Positions 10,324 to 19,443 of a DNA stretch of 64,000 bases are shown here, piece after piece (position 1 is the first letter of the stretch; each line of letters starts with the position of its first letter). The stretch spans positions 47,923 through 111,922 of the forward strand of contig JAFVVP010000004.1 in the NCBI GenBank assembly GCA_017502135.1, in the 5' to 3' direction. The notes below the pieces were generated by a model. It worked only from the letters and a program-made list of their open reading frames with translations. It was not told the DNA's origin and searched no databases. Position numbers and translations under genes: made by a program. The stretch is from Clostridia bacterium. Lineage in GTDB: Bacteria; Bacillota; Clostridia; Oscillospirales; CAG-272.

Positions 10324-11577
10324 ATGATGATGTACAAACGCAATACAAAACGGACTGCCCTCGTTCTTGCACTGGTTTTTTGCTGTGCTTCGTTCAGCGG
10401 ATGCGGGTTGTTCCGTTCTCCCGATCCCTCGAAGGGCGGCGTCGGCAGAGACACGGAGGGCGTGTCCGATACTACCTCCGATACAACGACGGCAGATACG
10501 ACGGAGACGACTGAGACGACGGCACCGCCCGTCGAGCCCGTAAAACGCGTCTCCATTCTTGCGGTGGGCGACAACATAATCCATGAGGCTGTGTTTACTG
10601 ATGCGAAAAAGCGTGCATCGGACGGCGAAGAATATAATTTTGTGCCGATGTACGCGGGCGTGGCGGAAAAAATCGCCGCGGCGGATATCGCGTTTATCAA
10701 TCACGAATCGCCCATAGCGGGGAATGACAAGGGTATCTCCGGATATCCCACGTTCAATTCTCCCCGCGAGGCAGGACAGGCTCTCGTTGACGTTGGATTC
10801 GACGTTATCAACCTCGCGAATAACCACATTCTGGATAAGGGTGTGGCGGGAGCCCGCGCTACGGCTGAGTATGTACAGTCTTTGCCCGTAGCGGAGCTCG
10901 GTGCGTACCTCGACGAGGAGGATCACAGCACGCTCCGCATAACAGAGGTAAACGGGATACGGATCGCGTGGCTTTCGTTCTTTGATCTGTCGATCCTTTG
11001 GCGCACGCCCGATATGACGAACATCGTGATTCCGCTCATGGACGACGATGCGAAAATCAAGACGGAGATCGAGAACGCCAAGGCGAACGCCGATTTCGTG
11101 ATTGTATCGACGCACTGGGGGCGTGAGCAGTACGAGGTTACGGCTGAACAAAAACGCGTGGCGGCACTTATGTCGGAAGCCGGCGCGGATGTGATTCTCG
11201 GCCATCATTCCCACATCATCCAGCCGGTGGAGTGGCACGAGAACGCGGACGGCTCCCGCACGCTGATCGCGTATTCTTTGGGGAATTTCCTTTCCACGCA
11301 GTACTATTCTTACAACATGGTGGGCGGCATGCTCACGTTTGATATCGTTATGGAAGACGGCGTGTGTACTGTCGAGAATCCGATTCTCAATCCCACCGTA
11401 ACGCAGTACAGCATGAACCGCGATTCTCTCGGGATATACATGCTCTCCGATTACACGGAAGAATTGGCAAAAGCGCACGGTACGCTCGTGCATTCTCCCG
11501 ATTTCTCTGTGGAATGGATCTACAAACACGTGCGGTCAATTATCTCGGACGAATTTTTACCAGTCTATTTTGAGTGA
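10324..11577 (+). CDS. CapA/PGA_cap family metallophosphoesterase-like lipoprotein
   Basis: Lipobox FSGC, Thr/Glu linker, AVGDNIIH, INHES, LANNHILD, HWG, GHHSH, YSLGNF. Confidence 0.88.
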   Translation: MMMYKRNTKRTALVLALVFCCASFSGCGLFRSPDPSKGGVGRDTEGVSDTTSDTTTADTTETTETTAPPVEPVKRVSILAVGDNIIHEAVFTDAKKRASDGEEYNFVPMYAGVAEKIAAADIAFINHESPIAGNDKGISGYPTFNSPREAGQALVDVGFDVINLANNHILDKGVAGARATAEYVQSLPVAELGAYLDEEDHSTLRITEVNGIRIAWLSFFDLSILWRTPDMTNIVIPLMDDDAKIKTEIENAKANADFVIVSTHWGREQYEVTAEQKRVAALMSEAGADVILGHHSHIIQPVEWHENADGSRTLIAYSLGNFLSTQYYSYNMVGGMLTFDIVMEDGVCTVENPILNPTVTQYSMNRDSLGIYMLSDYTEELAKAHGTLVHSPDFSVEWIYKHVRSIISDEFLPVYFE

Positions 11578-11584
11578 GTGACGT

Positions 11585-12469
11585 ATGAAAACAAAACATA
11601 TTTTTTTGCGCTTCGGTGTGATCGTGCTTTTTGCGGCAGGTATCTTATTTACCGCCGTATCCTGCAACGATGCCGAACCCGTTATTCTCGATCTTCCGTC
11701 GGATGAGGGCGGAATCGGACGGGATAAAGAATACGAGGTGCCTGAAACTTCGACTGACGCGACGACTGAAACTACCGAAACGGCAGATACGACAGTCGCG
11801 ACGAATCCTCCTTCAACCACAGCCGCCACGACCGATCCGTACTATCCCCCCGTCCCCGATGACGGAGTTCTCACTATTTGCCTCGATCCCGGCCACGGAT
11901 TTGGCGACGTGGGCACGGATTCCGAATACCTCGGCGATCTTACGGAGAAGGATATCACACTTTCCGTTGTGAATCTCATAAAAGAGAAATTGACGGCGCT
12001 TGGCTACAACGTGATTTTGACGCACGACGGAATGACGTTCCCGAAAACGGCTATCGATGACGGAAATAACCTGTTCCGCCCGCAGGAAAGAATCTCCTAC
12101 GTGTCGGAACTTGATATTGAATTTTACCTCTCCATTCACTGTGACAACTATACGGCAGATACCTCCGTCAAGGGAACGCGTATCTATTACAGCCTCGGTA
12201 CGGATCACGTCCGTGATTCCGGCGCGGCTGCAAAGCAGCTGATGAACGGCATCGACGAAAAACTGCCGAATTCGAAAAAAGCGATCATCCGTGAAATGCC
12301 GTACGATTCGGCGTATTACGTAATCCGCACCTGCCATGTTCCCTCGGTGCTTATAGAGATGGGATTCGTCTCGAACAAGACCGATGCGGAAAATATGCTT
12401 AGCGAAGAATGGCGTCAGACCTTTGCCGAAGGAATCGCAAACGGATTACATACGTATTTCGCACAATAA
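11585..12469 (+). CDS. N-acetylmuramoyl-L-alanine amidase (Amidase_3) lipoprotein
   Basis: Lipobox AVSC, Thr-rich linker, LDPGHG, TEKDI, SIHCD, VLIEMGFVSN. Confidence 0.9.
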   Translation: MKTKHIFLRFGVIVLFAAGILFTAVSCNDAEPVILDLPSDEGGIGRDKEYEVPETSTDATTETTETADTTVATNPPSTTAATTDPYYPPVPDDGVLTICLDPGHGFGDVGTDSEYLGDLTEKDITLSVVNLIKEKLTALGYNVILTHDGMTFPKTAIDDGNNLFRPQERISYVSELDIEFYLSIHCDNYTADTSVKGTRIYYSLGTDHVRDSGAAAKQLMNGIDEKLPNSKKAIIREMPYDSAYYVIRTCHVPSVLIEMGFVSNKTDAENMLSEEWRQTFAEGIANGLHTYFAQ

Positions 12470-12515
12470 CAGAGAATTCCATTTGAATTTGCGGTCGTTT
12501 TATGTAAAACAAACA

Positions 12516-12544
12516 TTGATTTTTTTCTCGGTTTGATTTATAAT
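12516..12544 (+). promoter_or_regulatory. sigmaA-type promoter
   Basis: TTGATT-17 bp-TATAAT. Confidence 0.55.
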
Positions 12545-12583
12545 AGTAGTAGGTATTAATGTTCGTATGGGTGGGTCAAGTGT

Positions 12584-13552
12584 ATGGAAGCATTTTTATC
12601 AAACTTTATATATAGCGTAAACGTAATTCTTCCGATTTTCCTTTTGCTTCTTTTGGGCATTTTTTTGAAGAGAATTGGTTTTTTGAAGGACTCCTTCACC
12701 GATATTGCGGATAAACTGGTGTTCAAAGTCGGCCTTCCGTGTATGCTGTTTTTGGATGTTGCCGGCGCATCTCTCTCTGAATTCATGAGTGTGAAGTTGG
12801 TTTTGTTCTCGGTTATCTCCGTTACCGTGTCTTTCATCGTTCTCTCTTTCATCATGATCTTTGTAACGAAGGATAACGGAAAACGCGGTGCCATGACGCA
12901 GGGCATCTGCCGATCGAACTTCGCGATTCTCGGAGTTCCGCTTTTGAGCGGTATGTTCGGGCATGAAGGCTCCACGCTGGTTGCTTTTCTGATGCCGATC
13001 GTGATCCTTATGTATAACAGCTATTCCGTGATCGTTCTCTCGGTGTTTGCGCCGAGCGAAAAGCATCTTACCGCCGCGCAAACTCTTAAGAAAATCGGCA
13101 AGAGCATCGTTACCAATCCGCTTATCATCAGCGTTGTACTCGGTATCCCGTTTATGCTTACCGGTTGGGAGCTTCCGATGGCGGCAGAGAAAACGGTCAG
13201 TTATCTGAGCGGTCTTGCCACACCGCTTTCGCTGCTCAGCCTGGGAGCTACGTTCTCGCTCAAAAGCTTCCACGGAAGATTTGCCTACGCGATCACAGGA
13301 TCTTTGGCGAAAACGATCGTTATGCCCGGTATCATGTGCACTCTTGCAGCGCTTATCGGTTTAAGAGGAGCGCCGCTCGGTACAATCCTTATTATGTTCG
13401 GTACGCCTACGGCGGTTTCCAGTTACATAATGGCGAAAAATATGGGCAGCGATCATGAACTGGCAGGGCAGATTTTGCTTTTGACCACGGGAATGTGCGT
13501 GTTTACCATATTCCTCGGCGTCTTTGTTTTGAAAACACTCGGACTTATCTGA
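12584..13552 (+). CDS. AEC (auxin efflux carrier) family transporter
   Basis: VILPIF, LPCMLF, RSNFAILGVP, NPLII, PTAVSSYIMA; about 10 TM. Confidence 0.9.
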   Translation: MEAFLSNFIYSVNVILPIFLLLLLGIFLKRIGFLKDSFTDIADKLVFKVGLPCMLFLDVAGASLSEFMSVKLVLFSVISVTVSFIVLSFIMIFVTKDNGKRGAMTQGICRSNFAILGVPLLSGMFGHEGSTLVAFLMPIVILMYNSYSVIVLSVFAPSEKHLTAAQTLKKIGKSIVTNPLIISVVLGIPFMLTGWELPMAAEKTVSYLSGLATPLSLLSLGATFSLKSFHGRFAYAITGSLAKTIVMPGIMCTLAALIGLRGAPLGTILIMFGTPTAVSSYIMAKNMGSDHELAGQILLLTTGMCVFTIFLGVFVLKTLGLI

Positions 13553-13591
13553 GCCGAAAACGATAACAAGAAAAGAGAAAGGGCGATGGAC

Positions 13592-13684
13592 ATGCTGTAC
13601 AATTCTTCCGTTTCTACTATGAAGAACATGGGAATTACGGGCGAAGTGTATGCATTTGGTGCGTCCTGCCCTCGGGATTTATAA
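13592..13684 (+). CDS. Putative 30-aa small ORF
   Basis: GAGAAAGGG RBS-like sequence 8 nt upstream; MLYNSSVSTMKNMGITGEVYAFGASCPRDL*; stop directly precedes a terminator. Confidence 0.35.
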   Translation: MLYNSSVSTMKNMGITGEVYAFGASCPRDL

Positions 13685-13688
13685 ATAT

Positions 13689-13728
13689 ACGGGAGAATGT
13701 TATTTTGTCATTCTCCCGTTTTTCTTTT
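13689..13728 (+). terminator. Rho-independent terminator
   Basis: ACGGGAGAATG...CATTCTCCCGT followed by TTTTCTTTT. Confidence 0.8.
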
Positions 13729-13785
13729 GTAACTTATGAACCAAAGGCGGTTCAAATATAAATACATCATGTGAAGGGGTTTATC

Positions 13786-14919
13786 ATGAAGGAATTGTTG
13801 TACGGAGAACTTGCCGTAATCGGTATGAGAGGCTGTGAAGGCTTTGTTGAACAGGTAGACCGTTACTTGAGAGAATGGCGCGGCCACGAAGAGGAATCCT
13901 ATCTTATTGAAACGGATTGCCCCCGTTTCGGCTCCGGTGAAGCGAAGGCGCTCATCCATCAGTCCATGCGCGGCCGGGACGTGTACATTTTCTCCGATTG
14001 CTTCAACTACGGCGTAACGTATAATATGCGCGGCTTCACGGTACCGATGAGCCCGGATGATCATTTCCAGGATCTGAAACGCGTGATTGCCGCGATCGAA
14101 GGTAAGGCGCGCCGCATTTCCGTTATCATGCCGATGCTTTACGAGGGACGCCAGCACAAGAGAAGCTCCCGTGAGTCGCTGGACTGCGCGCTGGCGCTTC
14201 AGGAGCTTGTGAATATGGGCGTTACCAACATCATTACGTTTGATGCACACGACGCACGCGTACAAAACGCTATCCCCCTGCACGGATTTGATAATGTGCA
14301 TCCCACTTACCAGATGCTGAAAGCCCTTGTCCGTGCGTATCCCGATATCGCGCTCTCTCATGATCAGGTAACGATCATCTCTCCCGACGAGGGCGCTATG
14401 TCCCGCTGTATGTATTACTCCTCTGTTCTCGGTGTGGATATCGGCATGTTCTATAAGCGCCGCAACTACGCCGTGATCGTGAACGGTAAGAACCCGATTG
14501 TCGCACACGAGTATCTCGGTAAGGATATCAAGGATAAGGACGTGATCGTCGTGGACGATATGATCTCCTCCGGCGAGTCGATCCTCGACGTGTCCGCGCA
14601 GCTTAAAGCAAAGGGTGCTCGCAGAATCTTTCTCTTTGTTACGTTCGGCCTCTTCTGCAACGGCATGAAGATCTTTGACGAGGCTTACGAGCAGGGACTT
14701 ATTGATAAGGTGTTCACAACGAACCTCGTATACCAGCCGACGGAGCTTCGTGAGCGTCCCTGGTATCAAGAAGTCAACATGTGCAAGTATGTCTCGTACA
14801 TCATCGACACCTTGAATCACGACGAATCCATTAGCACGCTCCTTGATCCCGTACAGAGAATCCATACGCTTCTCGATAAGCAGGCGAAGAGAGTGGCTGA
14901 ATCGAAAACAGAGGAATAA
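13786..14919 (+). CDS. prs: Ribose-phosphate pyrophosphokinase (clostridial long type)
   Basis: RFGSGEAK, YEGRQHK, FDAHD, SPDEG, VDDMISSGES. Confidence 0.93.
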   Translation: MKELLYGELAVIGMRGCEGFVEQVDRYLREWRGHEEESYLIETDCPRFGSGEAKALIHQSMRGRDVYIFSDCFNYGVTYNMRGFTVPMSPDDHFQDLKRVIAAIEGKARRISVIMPMLYEGRQHKRSSRESLDCALALQELVNMGVTNIITFDAHDARVQNAIPLHGFDNVHPTYQMLKALVRAYPDIALSHDQVTIISPDEGAMSRCMYYSSVLGVDIGMFYKRRNYAVIVNGKNPIVAHEYLGKDIKDKDVIVVDDMISSGESILDVSAQLKAKGARRIFLFVTFGLFCNGMKIFDEAYEQGLIDKVFTTNLVYQPTELRERPWYQEVNMCKYVSYIIDTLNHDESISTLLDPVQRIHTLLDKQAKRVAESKTEE

Positions 14920-14921
14920 AT

Positions 14922-16634
14922 ATGCTTCTTTTCAAACAAACGATTGCATCCGCTATTCTGAATGCAGCGAATGCACTTTGGCAGGATAACGGACTCACGG
15001 ATAAAGAACTTTTTGATATGCTCGAGTATCCGCCGGATGATACGATGGGTGACGTGGCGCTCCCGTGCTTTAAACTGAGCAAATTGCTCCGTTCGGCACC
15101 GCCGAAGATTGCTTCCATGCTGGCGGAACAGATCGGCGAGCTTGACGCGGCCGCCGTAAGCGTTGCGGGCGGGTATCTGAACTTCAAGATTTCGCCTGCA
15201 TACCTTCTGAAGAACGTCCTCACGGCTGTGGAGACGGCAGGCGATCGCTACGGTAAGAACGATATGGGTGAGGGAAAGACGGTCGTTCTTGACTATTCCT
15301 CCCCCAATACCTCAAAGCCGTTCCACATCGGCCATCTCGGCACGACCGTCATCGGTCATTCGTTGAAACTGCTCCACGAATACTGCGGTTATAAGTGCAT
15401 CGGCATCAATCACCTCGGCGACTGGGGTACCCAGAACGGCAAGCAGATCGTCGCATACAAGAGGTGGGGCGATAAGGCAGAGGTTGAAGCAAAGGGTTGC
15501 GACGGCCTTGTGGAACTGTACGTGAAATTTCACGAGGAAGCCGAAAAAGACCCCACGCTCAACGATGAGGCAAGAGCCGAGTTCAAAAAGCTTGAGGAGC
15601 ACGTTCCCGAGAACATTGAACTGTGGAAATGGTTTTTGGAGATCAGCCTCAAGGAGTACAATGTAACCTACAAACAGCTCGGAATCACGTTCGATCACTA
15701 TATGGGTGAGAGTTTCTTCTCCGATAAGATGGACGCGCAGATTCAGATCATGCGCGATAAGGGGCTTCTCAAACTGGATGACGGTGCTTCTATCGTTGAT
15801 CTCTCCGAGTACAATATGCCGCCGTGCCTTATCCTTAAGAGAGACGGCGCGTCTCTGTATCCGTCCCGTGACATTGCCGCCGCCGTCTACAGAAAACAGA
15901 ATTTTGGCTTTGATAAATGTATCTACGTGACGTCTGCCGGCCAGAGTCTCCATTTTGCCCAGTGGTTCAAGGTTATGGAACTTATGGGCTACGATTGGTG
16001 TGATCAGCTCGTCCACGTTCCGTACGGTACGGTCAGCATCGGCGGTGAAAAGCTCGCGACCCGTACGGGCAACGTAGTTCTTCTGAAGGATCTGTTCCGT
16101 CAGTCAATCGAAAAGGTTTATGAGATCATGAACGAAAAGAACCCTGATCTTCCCAATAAGGATGAGGTCGCAGAGGCTGTCGGTGTGGGCGCGATCGTGT
16201 TCCACTACCTCTATAACAGCCGTATCAAGGATATCAATTTCATGCTTGAGAATGCGCTCAGCTTTGAGGGAAGCACAGGACCGTACGCGCAGTACACCTA
16301 TGCGAGAACGTGCAGTATCCTCGAGAAAGCCGACGATATGGATCTCACCGGTGAGGCTGTTCTCACAAAGCCGGAGGAATCCGCCCTTCTTCTCACGCTT
16401 TCGAAATTCCCCGAGAAGGTGCTCGATGCTGTTGCGCAGTACGAGCCGTCCGTTATCACGCGGTACGTTATCGACGTGTGCACGGCGTTCAACCGCTTCT
16501 ATCAAGCGTGCCCCGTTGTAACGGCAGAGGACGAGAGTGTCCGCGCTACCCGCGTCCGTCTTACGCGTGCGGCCGGCCACGTTCTTAGAAACGCGCTTCG
16601 TCTTATTTGCATTAAGACGCCCGAGAAAATTTAA
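14922..16634 (+). CDS. argS: Arginine--tRNA ligase
   Basis: DYSSPN, HIGH, HLGDWG, GPYAQY. Confidence 0.97.
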   Translation: MLLFKQTIASAILNAANALWQDNGLTDKELFDMLEYPPDDTMGDVALPCFKLSKLLRSAPPKIASMLAEQIGELDAAAVSVAGGYLNFKISPAYLLKNVLTAVETAGDRYGKNDMGEGKTVVLDYSSPNTSKPFHIGHLGTTVIGHSLKLLHEYCGYKCIGINHLGDWGTQNGKQIVAYKRWGDKAEVEAKGCDGLVELYVKFHEEAEKDPTLNDEARAEFKKLEEHVPENIELWKWFLEISLKEYNVTYKQLGITFDHYMGESFFSDKMDAQIQIMRDKGLLKLDDGASIVDLSEYNMPPCLILKRDGASLYPSRDIAAAVYRKQNFGFDKCIYVTSAGQSLHFAQWFKVMELMGYDWCDQLVHVPYGTVSIGGEKLATRTGNVVLLKDLFRQSIEKVYEIMNEKNPDLPNKDEVAEAVGVGAIVFHYLYNSRIKDINFMLENALSFEGSTGPYAQYTYARTCSILEKADDMDLTGEAVLTKPEESALLLTLSKFPEKVLDAVAQYEPSVITRYVIDVCTAFNRFYQACPVVTAEDESVRATRVRLTRAAGHVLRNALRLICIKTPEKI

Positions 16635-16702
16635 TTTGTAAGTTCGTCCCGCATTTTCAGCGGGGAAGAAAGGATAGCCCGAACCGTCGGGCAGGTTTTG
16701 AG

Positions 16703-17434
16703 ATGTCTGGACACAGCAAATGGAATAATATCAAAAACAAAAAAGCAAAGACTGACGCACAGAAAGCAAAAATCTTTACGAAAATCGGTAAGGAGATCGC
16801 GATTGCTGTTCGTGAGGGCGGCCCCGATCCGTCCGGCAACAGCAAACTGCGCGAGTTGATCGTAAAAGCGAAAGCGAACAACGTGCCGAACGATAATATT
16901 GAGCGCGCGATCAAGAAGGCAAGCAGCGCAGACGCCGTTGAGTACGAAGAGATCGTCTACGAGGGATACGGTCCGTCCGGTGTTGCCGTGATTGTGGAAG
17001 CCGCAACCGACAGCCGCAACCGTACTGCCTCCGACGTACGGCACTATTTTGATAAGTACGGCGGAAACCTCGGCCAGAGCGGATGCGTATCGTTCATGTT
17101 TGAGGATAAGGGCGTGATCGTCGTTCTTCGCGAGGACGGCGTAGATGAGGATGCGCTCATGGAGACGGCTCTCGAAGCCGGTGCCGCCGACTTTACCGCC
17201 GACGAGGAAGCGTTCGAGATTCTTACCGAGGTTTCTGATCTGTACGCCGTGCGCGATGCACTCGCCGAGGCAGGCTACGCGATCGAATCTGCGGAAAAAG
17301 ACAAGATCCCGAGCACATACGTTACGCTCACCAGCGAAGAGGATATTAAAAACATGAACCTCCTCATTGAGCATCTCGAGGATTCCGACGATATCAGCGA
17401 GATCTATCACAACTGGGAAAATGCCGATCAGTAA
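16703..17434 (+). CDS. yebC: YebC/PmpR family protein
   Basis: MSGHSKWNNIK, YEGYGP, TDSRNRT. Confidence 0.96.
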   Translation: MSGHSKWNNIKNKKAKTDAQKAKIFTKIGKEIAIAVREGGPDPSGNSKLRELIVKAKANNVPNDNIERAIKKASSADAVEYEEIVYEGYGPSGVAVIVEAATDSRNRTASDVRHYFDKYGGNLGQSGCVSFMFEDKGVIVVLREDGVDEDALMETALEAGAADFTADEEAFEILTEVSDLYAVRDALAEAGYAIESAEKDKIPSTYVTLTSEEDIKNMNLLIEHLEDSDDISEIYHNWENADQ

Positions 17435-17471
17435 TAAAAAACGGATGCCGAATGGCATCCGTTTTATTTTT
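17435..17471. terminator. Bidirectional terminator between yebC and the cotJC 3' fragment
   Basis: AAAACGGATGCC-GAAT-GGCATCCGTTTT flanked by A/T tracts. Confidence 0.85.
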
Positions 17472-17673
17472 ACTTGCACGGTTTGTATGCGGGGTTGAAG
17501 GCGTAGAAGTTTTTTGAATCCATACTGTCCTTCGCAATACGGAGTGCATCGCCGAAGCGCTGATAGTGAACAATTTCGCGTTCGCGGAGGAATTTAAGGG
17601 GTTCGCGTACGTCCGGATCGTCAATGAGTCGAAGAAGATTGTCGTAGGTTACGCGCGCCTTTTGCTCTGCTGC
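17470..17673 (-). pseudogene. cotJC: 3' part of split spore-coat manganese-catalase-family gene cotJC (no start codon)
   Basis: Manual translation AAEQKARVTYDNLLRLIDDPDVREPLKFLREREIVHYQRFGDALRIAKDSMDSKNFYAFNPAYKPCK* matches the CotJC C-terminus; no in-frame ATG/GTG/TTG between the upstream TAG and the fragment. Confidence 0.9.
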
Positions 17674-17692
17674 GTTCTCATAAAAGCAACCT
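17659..17692. mobile_element. Predicted hybrid attachment site (attL/attR type) of the serine recombinase
   Basis: CotJC similarity breaks at about 17673; CTTTT (17659-63) and AAAAG (17682-86) are symmetric about the GC at 17672-17673; adjacent to the recombinase stop. Confidence 0.6.
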
Positions 17693-19252
17693 TCAGAAAT
17701 TCCAGCAGATCGTGATAGGTACGTTTCGCGTACCCGCGATCCGCCGCCCTACGGATATGTGATCGATCAAACGCAAAACTGTTTCGCGGTCAAGTTTTGA
17801 TACGTTCAGTCTCGTTTCAATTTCTGCATCAAAATCACGGACGGCGGTCGCCGCTTCAAGGTGCTCGAGTGCTTCTTTGCTCCCGGCGGCAAGTTTTTCA
17901 AATCGCGATTTTTCTTCGGCAAAATTATGGGACAGCAGTAAAAAATCTTCTTCCCGAACGATCCCGTTTACCCGATCGAGATACAGTTTTTGCAAAACCG
18001 ATTCATTTTCGCGGATCTTTTTTTCGTACCGATCGGCGTCTGCACGGAGACGCGTTTTTTCGGTGTCACTTTCATCTCTTAGTTGGGCGTTTTCTAGGAG
18101 CATCTCCCGATCAAGATATTTTTCATTAAACGTGCGAATGGCGTGGAGAACGGTTTGTTCAAGCCTATCGGCGGAGATGAAAGCGCCGGTGCATGCATCC
18201 TTGGCGATGTAGCGATTGGGACAAGAGAGATACCGACGCCCGCGGTTTTGGGACGAGCGAAGTGTATAGCCGCACGCGGCGCACCGCGCAATCCCTGCGA
18301 AAACCCCCACGGTGCCGCTCCCAAACGGCTTCGTTTTCTCTGAGAGTGTGGCTTGCACTTTCTCCCAAAGCGTCATGTCGATAATCGGCTCGTGCGTCCC
18401 TTTTACGACTATCCATTCATTACGCGGGCGGGAGTGGTTTGTTTTTGTTTTGTAGGAAACGCTTCCGTATTTTCCCTGTACCATGTTCCCGATGTACATC
18501 TCGTTTTTCAGCATATCCGAGATCGCGCTGTATTTCCAAAGCGTGCCTGTTTTCCCGTTCGGTTGTTTGTAGCGCATCCCCGAGAGACGCTTGTATTCGG
18601 TCGGATTCGGTATGGCACGATCGTTCAGAATGCGTGCGATCGCCGTTTTTCCGTAGCCCTTTGAAAATAGCGTGAAAACTTCCCGCACCACGGCGGCGGC
18701 TTCGGCATCGATGATGAGATGTCCTTTTTTTTCGGGGTCCTTTTTGTAGCCGTAGAGCGCAAATGAGCCGATATGAAAACCGTTTTTGCGGCGGCTGGTG
18801 AGCACATCACGTATGTTGTCCGACATATCCTCAAGATACCATTCATTCACAAGACCGTTTATCTGTCGGGATTTTTTGTTTCCGCGGTTGGCGGTGTCCG
18901 CGTTATCAACGATGCTCACGAATCGGATCCCCCATAGCGGAAATAGACCGTGTATGTATTTTTCCACCAGTTCCATCTCTCGTGTAAAACGCGACTGCGT
19001 TTTGCAGAGTATAATATCGAAACGCCGTGCCTCTGCATCGTTCAAAAGTTGGTTAAACGCGGGTCGTTTCCGGTCGGCACCCGTGTAGTCGTCGTCGCTG
19101 TAAACGCCGTAGATATCCCAGCCTTCGCGCACGGCGTACTGTGTCAGCATTGCTTTTTGGTTCTGTATGCTTCTTGAATCGTCCGTCTCGCATTCTTTGT
19201 TTCTATCTTCTTCGGATAATCGGCAGTAAAGTGCCGCTTTCGGTTTATTCAT
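17693..19252 (-). CDS. Large serine recombinase (SpoIVCA/CisA-like site-specific recombinase)
   Basis: YCRLS catalytic Ser, DDDYTG, KTQSRFTR, recombinase domain, CAACG...C...C zinc ribbon, coiled coil, LIDHISV tail; intact 519 aa. Confidence 0.95.
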   Translation of the reverse strand: MNKPKAALYCRLSEEDRNKECETDDSRSIQNQKAMLTQYAVREGWDIYGVYSDDDYTGADRKRPAFNQLLNDAEARRFDIILCKTQSRFTREMELVEKYIHGLFPLWGIRFVSIVDNADTANRGNKKSRQINGLVNEWYLEDMSDNIRDVLTSRRKNGFHIGSFALYGYKKDPEKKGHLIIDAEAAAVVREVFTLFSKGYGKTAIARILNDRAIPNPTEYKRLSGMRYKQPNGKTGTLWKYSAISDMLKNEMYIGNMVQGKYGSVSYKTKTNHSRPRNEWIVVKGTHEPIIDMTLWEKVQATLSEKTKPFGSGTVGVFAGIARCAACGYTLRSSQNRGRRYLSCPNRYIAKDACTGAFISADRLEQTVLHAIRTFNEKYLDREMLLENAQLRDESDTEKTRLRADADRYEKKIRENESVLQKLYLDRVNGIVREEDFLLLSHNFAEEKSRFEKLAAGSKEALEHLEAATAVRDFDAEIETRLNVSKLDRETVLRLIDHISVGRRIAGTRNVPITICWNF

Positions 19253-19388
19253 TACGCTTGGGCGGACGGTACGTTAGAACTTTTGGCTTCCCTACGATCT
19301 CGATCCATTTTTTCGTGTAGAGATGCGTTCTCGCCGCTTCATCTTCTGTTTTGAAAACGTGCGTTACAAAAGAGTCAGGTATCTGCAT
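19245..19388 (-). CDS. 47-aa protein translationally coupled to the recombinase (candidate recombination directionality factor)
   Basis: GGGAGGTG RBS; MQIPDSFVTHVFKTEDEAARTHLYTKKWIEIVGKPKVLTYRPPKRNE*; 8-nt ATGAATAA overlap with the recombinase start. Confidence 0.65.
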   Translation of the reverse strand: MQIPDSFVTHVFKTEDEAARTHLYTKKWIEIVGKPKVLTYRPPKRNE

Positions 19389-19412
19389 ATAGGTAATACA
19401 CCTCCCGATGAG

Positions 19413-19443
19413 AGTGTATGCCGTAAAGGCCGTCCTTGTTACA
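19413..19443 (-). promoter_or_regulatory. Mother-cell sporulation promoter (sigmaE/sigmaK-like) for small ORF and recombinase
   Basis: ACA-16 bp-CATACACT on minus strand just upstream of the RBS; no sigmaA -10 evident. Confidence 0.55.

Noticed and set aside
10465-10525. ACGACG/GATACG-rich repeats as a CRISPR array or VNTR
   Set aside because: They are imperfect codon repeats encoding a Thr/Glu linker; there is no repeat-spacer structure and no cas gene.
9214-11529. 771-aa minus-strand ORF and other long antisense ORFs (e.g. 5293-6687, 13708-14865, 31911-33203, 51301-52578)
   Set aside because: They are shadows of well-supported genes on the opposite strand, with no recognisable motifs; such ORFs are expected with this codon bias.
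17394-17624. ORF-track 76-aa ORF downstream of the recombinase
   Set aside because: Wrong frame; the meaningful reading is the start-less cotJC fragment in another minus-strand frame.
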